Source of the DNA: a virus
Lineage: Duplodnaviria > Caudoviricetes
Length of the DNA stretch: 55,371 nucleotides
Virus record (IMG/VR): IMGVR_UViG_3300025366_000006
Coordinates: 1-55,371 of that record
Reading direction: 5' to 3' (one strand)
Each line of letters opens with the position of its first letter. The first letter of the stretch is position 1. Under the pieces are notes generated by a model. It saw only the letters and a program-made list of their open reading frames with translations. It was not told the origin of the DNA and made no database searches. Shown here one piece after another: positions 1 to 8,747 of the stretch. The position numbers were made by a program, and so were the translations under genes.

Positions 1-877
1 TAGGTTGAGGCTTTTCTTCTGTTGCTCCAAGTTTTTGAGCCGCAACATCTACTCCATAACGAATTGGCTCTCCAGCAACCGCACCAATTCCAGCTTGAGT
101 TGCCGCTTGACCAAGAGCAGGGCCAAGGCCTTCTGCTAAATACTTTGTTCCATACCCAAGGGCAGATTCAGCGGCTAATGGAAGTTGAGGAACATTTTGA
201 CCTATGAAAGCAGTCTTTGGGTATGCTTGCTGTGATGCTTGAACTTCTGGTTCAAATCCAAACTTCTTTTCAATTTCTTTTGCTCCAAGTTGACCCGCCT
301 TCATTCCAGCAAAGAATGCAGGAACACCAGCAACAAGTCCTATTGGCCCCGTAGTTGGTACTCCAATAGCTTCAGTTATTGCTCCAGCACCAAGACCGCC
401 AAGCAATCCCATTGTTCCTTCAAATGTTCCAGATAATGCAGAAGTAAGCTGGCTAGGTTTTGATTGTTGCTCTGGCGGCAATGATTCTAAATTAATCGTC
501 TTTCCAGTTTGCTCTGATGGAGATGCACCCAAGAAAGCCAATGCATCTTCCTTGCTTATTCCTTGTGATCGTTGAGGCGTAGCTTGAGGAACTGATTGCG
601 TGTAATTAGAAGTTAAATTATTTGGATCAGATGATGGCAATTCTGGCTCTGGAATAGGAGCATTCAAATAAGCCGAATCTGGAATAGGTGCTTTTTGTTG
701 TTGTTGATTTACCCCAAGAAATGCCAAAGCATCCTCTTGACTCATGCCTGTAGCCTTTTGTTGAGGAGCTAACTGTATCCCTTTTTCATCTGGGGACATC
801 GACTCTGGTTGGGCTGGTGTACCCAACTGATTCCCTTGAGATGGATTTAGAAAAGCAAGTGCTTCATTTTGGTTCAT
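1..877 (-). CDS. Giant internal virion/polyvalent protein, N-terminal part, allele A (runs off window; absent from ORF track)
   Basis: Hand translation from ATG 877 (ATGA overlap with upstream stop): [56 protein letters not shown]. It continues in frame and nearly identical to the 2263-aa protein. Confidence 0.9.
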   Translation of the reverse strand, partial: MNQNEALAFLNPSQGNQLGTPAQPESMSPDEKGIQLAPQQKATGMSQEDALAFLGVNQQQQKAPIPDSAYLNAPIPEPELPSSDPNNLTSNYTQSVPQATPQRSQGISKEDALAFLGASPSEQTGKTINLESLPPEQQSKPSQLTSALSGTFEGTMGLLGGLGAGAITEAIGVPTTGPIGLVAGVPAFFAGMKAGQLGAKEIEKKFGFEPEVQASQQAYPKTAFIGQNVPQLPLAAESALGYGTKYLAEGLGPALGQAATQAGIGAVAGEPIRYGVDVAAQKLGATEEKPQP

Positions 878-1917
878 TTACTTGGAAAGGCTTGTAGCAA
901 TTGAACCGCTTGATCTTGACTGATTTTTCCAGCTTGGAAAGCAGATTTCACATCATCTGGTGACTTAAATGTAGCATTTCCTTGTTGCATTCCAGAATCT
1001 TGATCCTGCTGTTGGGAAGGTGCTGATTGAGATTTAGAAGAAGGTATCCCGCCAATTCCTTGAAGTTGTTGAATACCAGTTTGCATTTCTGCAACCGTCT
1101 TTGGATTAGTGCCTCCAAACATTCCCAAAAATGGTTTTCCTTTTGCTTGTTCTTTTTGAATCAAACTATTTAGGTTAGGAATCTGACTTTGGACTTGTTG
1201 ATATGCGGCTTCAATTTGTGGGCTTGGAACCGCTTGATTTGCATAAGCACCTTGAGCTTGCTTATAAGCAGATACTTTAGATGCGAAAGACCTTATATCA
1301 GCGGCATCTGGAGTAGATCCGCTTGCAACTGCATCTTGGATTTTTTGAGCAAGCGAGCCAATACCTTCGTTTTTATCAGTACCACTATAAAGAGCATTAT
1401 AACTATTAATCTGATTAACATTTGCATCTCTATTCATCTTATCAAGTCTAGCTTGATCAAGAGGCGAAAGTGTTTTCCCTTGAGGTTTATAATCTGGATT
1501 AACTTGTCCAGTAGAAGGATCAATAAAGCCAGGATATTTAGCGGCTAATGCTAGATTTTTACCCTGCAAGAATGCTTGCGTCCTAGCCATATGCTGTGCG
1601 TTGATATTGGCAGATTGGGCAGTAGTAATAGCGTGTTGAGCAAAGGGCTGAAGCAAAGGAATCTGTGATGCTGTAGCGGCGGCTCCATAGATGTCTGCCA
1701 TGCCGTTAGGATCACCACTAGCAATCTTCTGCATACCTTGCTGATAGCTTTGCTGAAGAGCAGGGAGCATAGCTTGAGCCGCTTGAGTCTGTGCATGAGT
1801 CTCAATAGCTCCAGCAATCTGCTGACCAAGGCCAGCCATAGAGTTGATAACTTGTTGATTACCCTGCTGGATCGTAGAAAAATTGGCGTATCCGATTGGC
1901 ATAGTTTTATTGTCCAA
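874..1917 (-). CDS. Putative DNA ejection/internal virion protein, allele A
   Basis: Q/A-rich helical protein between pilot-like gene and giant protein. The first 42 aa are identical to 53818..54891. Confidence 0.7.
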   Translation of the reverse strand: MDNKTMPIGYANFSTIQQGNQQVINSMAGLGQQIAGAIETHAQTQAAQAMLPALQQSYQQGMQKIASGDPNGMADIYGAAATASQIPLLQPFAQHAITTAQSANINAQHMARTQAFLQGKNLALAAKYPGFIDPSTGQVNPDYKPQGKTLSPLDQARLDKMNRDANVNQINSYNALYSGTDKNEGIGSLAQKIQDAVASGSTPDAADIRSFASKVSAYKQAQGAYANQAVPSPQIEAAYQQVQSQIPNLNSLIQKEQAKGKPFLGMFGGTNPKTVAEMQTGIQQLQGIGGIPSSKSQSAPSQQQDQDSGMQQGNATFKSPDDVKSAFQAGKISQDQAVQLLQAFPSK

Positions 1918-2911
1918 ATGCAGGAACCATTACATTTGTCCCTTGTTGATAAAATCCACCCCCAGGTTGGTTATATGCTCCATATCCTGTTGCGGCAGGA
2001 AGCCCTCCCATAGTGTTTTGATAGCCTTGTGCAGAAGGAGAAAGGCTTTGTAAATAACTAGCCTTGTTCAAAGCATTTGCTCCCTCCAATCCCAATTGCC
2101 CCAACTGCAATCCAAGTTGTGCCTGTTGCTGATTTTGCAATTGATTGGCTTGGTATTGGTTAAAGCCACCTTGGTACTGGCTCTCTGCCAACTGATTGCC
2201 CAATCCAGCGGCAGATGCCGCAAGTTGTGATCCTAGTCCAGTAGCTTGCAATGTCCCCTGCATTCCAGCTTGGAATCCAACAGTAGGAGAAACTACCATT
2301 TGATTGGCTAGTTGTTGCCATGTAGGAGCGGCACTCAATCCGTATTGAGAAAGACCAAGGCTTGTCTGTCCAAGGTTACGAGCAAAGTTCTGTGGAGCCT
2401 GTCCACCGCCAGTAAAGAGATTAAATCCACCACCAAGATTCTGTGCTACTTCACGATTGATTTGTTGCTGAACATCTAGGGGGATTTGTCCTTGGATGTA
2501 AGAATTAAGCTGTCTATTGGCTAATTCTCGTTGGGCAGAAGAGCCAGGTGTAACCAAATTCTGAAGGGCAATCTGTTGTTTGGTTCCTTGTTGTGCAAAT
2601 TGCTGTCCAAGATTTAGGGCATTCTGTTGTGCTTGGTTATAAACATTTGTCCCAAACTGTTGAGCTTGGGGGGCCATTTGATTGTATTGCTGTTGCTCTA
2701 ACTGCAATGCCTGTTGTGGACTAAATTGCGGAAGTCCAGATCCAGTACTAGATCCTCCTCCAAATAATCCAGATCCTCCAAGCCCTCCAATCAATCCTCC
2801 TACTCCTGCTCCAACGGCAGTTCCAATACCAGGAACAACAGACCCAATCATCGCTCCCGATGCGGCTCCACCTAATGCTCCCGTTGCTGTTCCAGATCCA
2901 GAAAATGCCAT
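1907..2911 (-). CDS. Putative DNA pilot/ejection protein
   Basis: Gly-rich hydrophobic N-terminus (GALGGAASGAMIGSVVPGIGTAVGAGVGG) then Q-rich helices. It sits after the adaptor, as in podovirus ejectosome operons. Confidence 0.7.
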   Translation of the reverse strand: MAFSGSGTATGALGGAASGAMIGSVVPGIGTAVGAGVGGLIGGLGGSGLFGGGSSTGSGLPQFSPQQALQLEQQQYNQMAPQAQQFGTNVYNQAQQNALNLGQQFAQQGTKQQIALQNLVTPGSSAQRELANRQLNSYIQGQIPLDVQQQINREVAQNLGGGFNLFTGGGQAPQNFARNLGQTSLGLSQYGLSAAPTWQQLANQMVVSPTVGFQAGMQGTLQATGLGSQLAASAAGLGNQLAESQYQGGFNQYQANQLQNQQQAQLGLQLGQLGLEGANALNKASYLQSLSPSAQGYQNTMGGLPAATGYGAYNQPGGGFYQQGTNVMVPAFGQ

Positions 2912-2942
2912 ATGCGTGTTATATTAGATATTTATAATTAAA

Positions 2943-3959
2943 TCAATAAGGCCATGTAGCTCCATCATCCCACACATAAGTAGGAATCAAGGCGTTAAGC
3001 ATCATGTTATTTGAGAATTGTCTAATCACGCTACCAGTAGGCTCCTCTTGATCAGCAGTTTCCCGATTAACTTCAAAGATGGCATTCTGGAGAGACACAT
3101 TGTAAAGCTCATCACTACCCTTGTTCTCACGATAGACAACTGCCATCACAGCAGAGATCATTGCCTCTGGCGTAAACTCGACTTGATCATTAAGGCTAAA
3201 CAAGTCTTGGTAATTCTTCTTGCAGTAAAGAATCACCGAATCCTTTACACGGCCTTGGATAGAGTACCTACGGAAATTGGGGTTGATGTCATAAGGCTGA
3301 TAGATAGCCAGTAGCATTTGTGCTTTTGCATCGGGATCATAAGCATACAAACGCACCCTTCCTTGAGTCTGTCCCTTCGTACATTGGAAAACAGTCTTGA
3401 AGAAATTAACTGAATAAGAATAAGCAGGAGCTAAACCAAGAGTAATAGTTTCACTAATCCTTGTTCCATAAGCATTTTCACCAAAGAATGTAATCTCTTT
3501 GCCAGCGTCTAGAGGAGATTCACTTTCAATGCAAAGCTGGTAAGGGGCGGCATCATAGTTCTGATAGGTGATGTGCTTTCCACCAATCTCAATAAACTTC
3601 TTATTGCCACCATTCCAAGCATATCCCTGCCCCCATCCGTTTCCATATCCTCCACTTGCGGCATCTCCCCAAGAATCTTGAGGGATTGATTGATACCATT
3701 CATTTCCAAGGCTTACAGGAACGCCATCAATCCATGCCAGACGAACCTGTTTGTAAAGGCTAGGAAGGGTAAGGATTCCGTTTACACAAGCGATACAGAC
3801 ATACTCACAGGTCGATTCAATGTCGGTCTTATTCCACAGAAGACGACGAGCCTTATTCATGTAGCTCAACAACAATGCAGGATTACAAGTTCCGCTATTA
3901 CCAGCATATGGCTTAATAGCTTCTGTAATATATGCTACATCGTAGAGTTGAGATGCCAT
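2943..3959 (-). CDS. Putative head-tail adaptor (tail tubular A-like)
   Basis: N-terminal helices (LLSYMNKARRLLW), LTLP motif, C-terminal helical bundle, position between nozzle and ejection genes. Confidence 0.55.
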   Translation of the reverse strand: MASQLYDVAYITEAIKPYAGNSGTCNPALLLSYMNKARRLLWNKTDIESTCEYVCIACVNGILTLPSLYKQVRLAWIDGVPVSLGNEWYQSIPQDSWGDAASGGYGNGWGQGYAWNGGNKKFIEIGGKHITYQNYDAAPYQLCIESESPLDAGKEITFFGENAYGTRISETITLGLAPAYSYSVNFFKTVFQCTKGQTQGRVRLYAYDPDAKAQMLLAIYQPYDINPNFRRYSIQGRVKDSVILYCKKNYQDLFSLNDQVEFTPEAMISAVMAVVYRENKGSDELYNVSLQNAIFEVNRETADQEEPTGSVIRQFSNNMMLNALIPTYVWDDGATWPY

Positions 3960-3963
3960 AAGA

Positions 3964-4131
3964 TTAGATCATTTCTCCATGCGAGATCGGCTTGCCAACA
4001 AGAGAGCGTGTCATTGGGCGTTTAGGCCCAACTACGCTTGGCAAGGAAGATAGCTTGATGGAAGGTGCTTGTTTCACCCTTAGCATCTTGCTCCTCATTG
4101 CTCCTTGTGTATGGAGCTTTGGGAGTTTCAT
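3964..4131 (-). CDS. Small basic hypothetical protein
   Basis: ATG 4131 just after the previous stop: MKLPKLHTQG. Confidence 0.5.
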   Translation of the reverse strand: MKLPKLHTQGAMRSKMLRVKQAPSIKLSSLPSVVGPKRPMTRSLVGKPISHGEMI

Positions 4132-4133
4132 GC

Positions 4134-4388
4134 TTACAGCCAATCGCAATTAAAAGGATTAGCGTTCTTTCCCATACCGCTCTCATTAGCGGGGCCACCA
4201 ACAGAGAATGCACTCTGCGAGGACTCGCCAATGGCTTTGATACGGGCAGTACGAGCATCCTTGTAGGCACGAATAGTGGGAATATCGTTCCGAATTTGCA
4301 CCCTCTGCATAGGTTGAGGAGTGGCATGATCGGAAACAACACCACGCTCGGTCTTATCAACCGTGTATTGTACGCCGTGAGATGCCAT
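4134..4388 (-). CDS. Small hypothetical protein
   Basis: ATG 4388 (MASHGVQY) abuts the stop of 4390..4572; tight operon packing. Confidence 0.6.
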   Translation of the reverse strand: MASHGVQYTVDKTERGVVSDHATPQPMQRVQIRNDIPTIRAYKDARTARIKAIGESSQSAFSVGGPANESGMGKNANPFNCDWL

Positions 4389-4389
4389 A

Positions 4390-4572
4390 TTATTTCTTGG
4401 AGCTTCCGCGACCAGGAGAAGTAGGCTCTGGCTGTTTAGCACCCGAATAGAAGATGCCGCTGAACTCCGTACCCTTGGGGTGGTTGGACATTCCTTCCTT
4501 GATGGTTCCACGAGTGGAGAATCCCTCGCTCTGTAGTTTAGGCTCGGTGGCCCTATTTGTGTTCTTTGCCAT
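4390..4572 (-). CDS. Small hypothetical protein
   Basis: 60-aa ORF with A/C-rich leader, in operon. Confidence 0.6.
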   Translation of the reverse strand: MAKNTNRATEPKLQSEGFSTRGTIKEGMSNHPKGTEFSGIFYSGAKQPEPTSPGRGSSKK

Positions 4573-4595
4573 TTTAGTTTGGGGTTATGTTTAGG

Positions 4596-5084
4596 TTAGT
4601 TTGATGCGATAGAAGATACTGACCAGTAAAGTTTTGTTATATCTGTATTGTTATTTGCAACCCAAAATGTAACTCCTGTAGTAGAAATAGTAGAAGAAAC
4701 GACTCCCCATGCTGACATTGGAGTAATTGTCCCTGTACCATTCACACAACCAAACCATGCATTAATGGTATAATTAGTGTTAGGCATTGCAGTTGCAAAA
4801 CTAGCTACAAATGTTTGAGGGGTATTTTGACTTACAACATTAAATACTCCGCTATTTTGATTTACTGCTAAAGCATTATATTCATTTTGAAGATTTTGAA
4901 TATTTTGATTTATTGTTTGAATCTGTGAGGGAGTTACTTGTCCAAGACCAGGGATATTTACAGTACCATTATTCAAATACAACTGAATAAAGCTGTTAAA
5001 AATATCACTCCAACTTCCTTCTGGACAGTAGTTCGCTGGTACTGTTGGGAAAAGAAGTTGTGCTGGAGAACTCTGATTCTGCAT
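4596..5084 (-). CDS. Short tail-associated protein with C-terminal beta-sandwich
   Basis: Short coiled coil then FATAMPNTNYTI..GVTFWV..LYWSV, a pattern typical of fibre-tip domains. Confidence 0.55.
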   Translation of the reverse strand: MQNQSSPAQLLFPTVPANYCPEGSWSDIFNSFIQLYLNNGTVNIPGLGQVTPSQIQTINQNIQNLQNEYNALAVNQNSGVFNVVSQNTPQTFVASFATAMPNTNYTINAWFGCVNGTGTITPMSAWGVVSSTISTTGVTFWVANNNTDITKLYWSVSSIASN

Positions 5085-5094
5085 AATTGATCAA

Positions 5095-5123
5095 CTTATA
5101 GAGTGATTTTATATTTCTTGCAA
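5095..5123 (-). promoter_or_regulatory. Candidate sigma70-like promoter
   Basis: TTGCAA-17-TATAAG in the intergenic gap before ATG 5084. Confidence 0.45.
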
Positions 5124-5128
5124 TACTT

Positions 5129-7330
5129 TTAACCAGCAACGGAAGAAACGGCAGTCGTTAATGGAACAATTCGATAGTAATCCAAGTCTGGTTGGCAACT
5201 GCATTGAATTGGAGTCGGGTCATTATAAAAGGTATCTGCACAATTTCCTTGGGGAAGATCAATCTTGTCATTGAAGATAATCGCAAGCCTCACCCTATCT
5301 ACAATGCATGATCCAGAAATGTTTACCTTTACTTGGAACTCCGCACCTTCTTGGACGGGAATTTCATTAAATGTTTCACATTGATCAATGTCTGGAGAAG
5401 GGAATCTCAACTGGCGATAACGAGGTTGTGATATAGCAGGAACACATCCATCAGTTACAGGCGTACATTCATCAAGACCAATTGTAATTGGTTGAGAAAG
5501 CGTATTAAAACACGGGTATGAATCTGGACGAAATTCGCAATCTACAGTTACGGCTTCTTTTAGATTGGATACCCAGATTTCTCCTCCTACCAATTGTTTG
5601 CGAACGAAACGGCTGGCCCCAGGGTTAGGAACAAAATCAAATCTCTTGGTAATGAAATATGATTTAATAGGTACACTTCCATACACTTGCGAGTAATCAT
5701 CAACTCCTGTAGCCAAAACGCTACTATTCTGAAGCTCATATAGACGATTTACGCCATCAGCATCAAACGAGAAAGCAAACCCACGCTGAACGCCATTGAT
5801 TTGTGCTGTCAGTAATTGCGTAGGTTGTGGCCCTTCCCACAATCCATTCCAGCGAGAAGGCATAGATGCACTTGGATCAATACGGCTTTCTTGCTCCACA
5901 TCCAACACAATCATTGCCCTGCTAGGACGATGAAGACCATAATTGGGATTAGCATTAGCAACTGTAAATGGGGAAACAGTAGCGATAATGCGATTGTCAA
6001 AAAACATTGCACTCTCAAATTGCCTTAACCAAGGAGTATCGTAATTGACCCAAGGCTGAACTTCTCGACTGATCTTTCGGAAAGATAATGCAGAATAGAA
6101 ATCTACTTGTGCGTTGTTGTAGAACGCCCATCCATCATCAGAGCGAAAATACACATCGTTGTTGACACCACAAATGCTCCAAGGAGAACGGCATCCACGC
6201 CCGATAAGTGAAACTTTCTGAATGTTGCTCGCTTGCCAAGTGGCTCTGTCTTGGGACAGATCCAATGTAAAAGATCCATTCTCACAAAATACCACAAGTT
6301 CACCTTGACCACGAACATTAATATTGAGGGAAGGCATCACCCTCATGCCAGTAATCAAACCAAGATTTGCAGGAGGAGTAAATGATCCTCCCTCATTCCA
6401 ATAAGTCTGTTCAGTAAAGTTTTGCGTATTCGCCGTATTAGTAAAACCATTTCCATAAATGATGTCAGAAACATAGATGTTGTTATTCGCATCACTTACT
6501 GCAACTCGCCCATAGGCATATGCCATGATCGTACCAATAGGCATCTGTTGCTTTACTGGATTTAATCTAAATATCGTATTTGGTTGAGCCTTTGTGATGG
6601 TTGTATTTGAAACAGTAGTAGTAGCAATATTTGACCAAGGAGTTGATGAACCATCTGGATATACACTTCTTAATTGGAAAGAATAAGAGGTAGATGCAGA
6701 TGAAGTAGTAAATGTATATGATGTATTTGTATATGGAATCGTTGTAATTGTCTCAAAAACACTACCATTATATTGAATCTGGATTTCGTTATTAACAGCA
6801 CCAGGAGCATTATCAGTCCATGTTAATACAATACTATTAGTTCCATTTCCTTTAGCTTGCAGATTTGTAGGTGATCCAGAAATGTCGCCATTCCATGCAA
6901 TTGGATCTTGATAGCCATTTTGAATGTATATCCAATCTTCTGCTTGAACAAACCATGTATGCATCATGGTGGGATCATTTCCGCTAATTAATTTGTACAA
7001 AGTTCCTATATTATTAACAATCGAAAGAAAATAAATAGTTCCAGCAATTGATATTACAAAACCATCTGATGAACCTGTTTTGATTGCTTTATAAGGCCAA
7101 GCACCTTGAAAGTTTCCAGTTTGGAAATCATTCAAAATGGATGGATCTTGTCCAAATGCTGGCGATATTGCAATTTCTGTAAATGGTGGTCTTGTGCCAT
7201 TTATTGATTGGCGAAAAGAACGATTTACGCAAGATGCAACATATGTTGCTGGAAGATTACTTGGATGCGTCTCTGCATCCATAGCAATCGTTTCAGTAGA
7301 TCCATCGTAAACACGCCCGTCCTGTGACAT
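5129..7330 (-). CDS. Tail nozzle (tubular B / P22 gp10-like) with inserted fibronectin type III domain
   Basis: Beta-propeller-like motifs (YAYGRVAV, ITGMRV, GCRSPWSI, VYFRSDDG, KISREVQP). FN3-like SPTNLQA..IVLTW..YSFQLRSV at about aa 153-240. Confidence 0.7.
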   Translation of the reverse strand: MSQDGRVYDGSTETIAMDAETHPSNLPATYVASCVNRSFRQSINGTRPPFTEIAISPAFGQDPSILNDFQTGNFQGAWPYKAIKTGSSDGFVISIAGTIYFLSIVNNIGTLYKLISGNDPTMMHTWFVQAEDWIYIQNGYQDPIAWNGDISGSPTNLQAKGNGTNSIVLTWTDNAPGAVNNEIQIQYNGSVFETITTIPYTNTSYTFTTSSASTSYSFQLRSVYPDGSSTPWSNIATTTVSNTTITKAQPNTIFRLNPVKQQMPIGTIMAYAYGRVAVSDANNNIYVSDIIYGNGFTNTANTQNFTEQTYWNEGGSFTPPANLGLITGMRVMPSLNINVRGQGELVVFCENGSFTLDLSQDRATWQASNIQKVSLIGRGCRSPWSICGVNNDVYFRSDDGWAFYNNAQVDFYSALSFRKISREVQPWVNYDTPWLRQFESAMFFDNRIIATVSPFTVANANPNYGLHRPSRAMIVLDVEQESRIDPSASMPSRWNGLWEGPQPTQLLTAQINGVQRGFAFSFDADGVNRLYELQNSSVLATGVDDYSQVYGSVPIKSYFITKRFDFVPNPGASRFVRKQLVGGEIWVSNLKEAVTVDCEFRPDSYPCFNTLSQPITIGLDECTPVTDGCVPAISQPRYRQLRFPSPDIDQCETFNEIPVQEGAEFQVKVNISGSCIVDRVRLAIIFNDKIDLPQGNCADTFYNDPTPIQCSCQPDLDYYRIVPLTTAVSSVAG

Positions 7331-7331
7331 A

Positions 7332-8690
7332 TTACAGGAAGCTCAACTCGTAACCAGAGATTTGAAGTGCAAACGAATCACCAGTTCCAAGAACAGACGT
7401 AGTATAAATGTTAAAATAGCTATTTGAGCCATTGGGAACCACGCAAGTTGTGGAGCCATAAACTGCATTTGTTGTTGTGCCATAAGCGGGGGCAACAATG
7501 AATGCTCCGTATATCTCTGACGTAGTTGCCAATGGAGGTTGTGTTCCTCCAGTTGTTCCAGCAGTTGTATTAGAAATAATTACATTTGCTGTTTGTGTTG
7601 TAGATGTTCCAACAAGGCTAAACCTAAAGAAAGCCTTATCAACATACTGATATGGAGCATATGAAACAGATCCAGACCAATACTTATTTGTAGCTTGCGT
7701 TGATTGTGTTGAGACAACAACATTGGCAGTCTGACCAAGATTTACAGCCCTTCCATTTTGGTTGTAATAAGGATCAATTTGGGAAGACGCATTACTGCGG
7801 AGCAATCCAATCAACCTGTAATAAGTATATCCAGCACCAGTAGGAAGAGTTGGAGAAGTTGGACTTGCAGAGGCAAGTGTAGCTACTGTTGATGTAGTTG
7901 GATTGTAAATTGCAAAAATATAATAATATGTCGATGCACTCAAACCGCCAGAAACATCAAGGCTATTTGCAATTCCACTTACTGCTGTATTAAGAGTATA
8001 TGTAGAAGAATTATTAACAGCAATATAAGATCCAGATTGATTTTGGACTACCAAATTTCCAAAAGCAACATTGAGAGTTGATGGGCTTGCGTAAGAAATA
8101 TTTACTGAACGAGCATCAATAAATGCTGGATTCGTTGTAGTAAGCGTAGTAAATGCAGGAACACCACTTGAGTTAATTGTTAGAACTTGACCAGAAGTTC
8201 CAAGAGGAGCTTGAGCAACTACATTGGATGAGTTTTTATAAACAATTCCTTGGTTTGGAATAAGATTTTCAATGGTTCCCCAAGTCGTAGTTGTTCCACT
8301 TGGGGAAACAATAGGAAATTGGGTTTCAGCAGATGTGCCAGGAGTTAATGCTACAAGTTGACCAGTAGGAGTAGTAGCTTGGAGCTTTCCAGAATTTGCG
8401 GTCGCTTGAGTAGAACCATTGCCAAGGAAGATAGGATTAGAAACAGAAGCATCAGCCCAATTTACCAAGGCAGTAGATGCGTTGTAAAAAAGGATGCTAT
8501 TGGAAGCAAGAGGAGGGACAGTATATTTGCAGTAAGATGAATCCTCGCCAACTACACGTTGGATTACACCCGTTCCAAGAGGATAACAAGCTGTAGGAAA
8601 GTTAGGATTGCAAGCAGGGGGAGCGTACTGAACAGTATTGTAGTTTCCGCACCCGCACCCGCCATAATTATTGTTACATCCGCAAGACAT
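7332..8690 (-). CDS. Tail fibre protein
   Basis: T/S/G-rich, GTSGQVLT repeat, YYYIFAIY..PTLPTG..YYRLIG domain common in fibres; Cys-rich N-terminus. Confidence 0.75.
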   Translation of the reverse strand: MSCGCNNNYGGCGCGNYNTVQYAPPACNPNFPTACYPLGTGVIQRVVGEDSSYCKYTVPPLASNSILFYNASTALVNWADASVSNPIFLGNGSTQATANSGKLQATTPTGQLVALTPGTSAETQFPIVSPSGTTTTWGTIENLIPNQGIVYKNSSNVVAQAPLGTSGQVLTINSSGVPAFTTLTTTNPAFIDARSVNISYASPSTLNVAFGNLVVQNQSGSYIAVNNSSTYTLNTAVSGIANSLDVSGGLSASTYYYIFAIYNPTTSTVATLASASPTSPTLPTGAGYTYYRLIGLLRSNASSQIDPYYNQNGRAVNLGQTANVVVSTQSTQATNKYWSGSVSYAPYQYVDKAFFRFSLVGTSTTQTANVIISNTTAGTTGGTQPPLATTSEIYGAFIVAPAYGTTTNAVYGSTTCVVPNGSNSYFNIYTTSVLGTGDSFALQISGYELSFL

Positions 8691-8747
8691 AGATTAGTTT
8701 GTTGTAGTTGAATTTGAATCTGAAGTCAATTAGGAACGATTAATTAC

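Larger units (their letters stand above)
1..2397. repeat. Left copy of imperfect terminal overlap (allele A of ejection region)
   Basis: 1-459 matches 52704-53162 (offset 52703). 1793-2397 matches 54767-55371 (offset 52974). Both have scattered SNPs and the middle part is divergent. Confidence 0.95.

Noticed and set aside
22-436. Plus-strand ORFs 22..207 and 239..436 and their copies at 52725 and 52942
   Set aside because: They are shadows of the minus-strand giant protein. The SNPs between copies are mostly synonymous in the minus frame.
1-2397. Diversity-generating retroelement or invertible shufflon as the source of the two alleles
   Set aside because: No reverse transcriptase or site-specific recombinase was found, differences are not adenine-specific, and the copies are direct rather than inverted.
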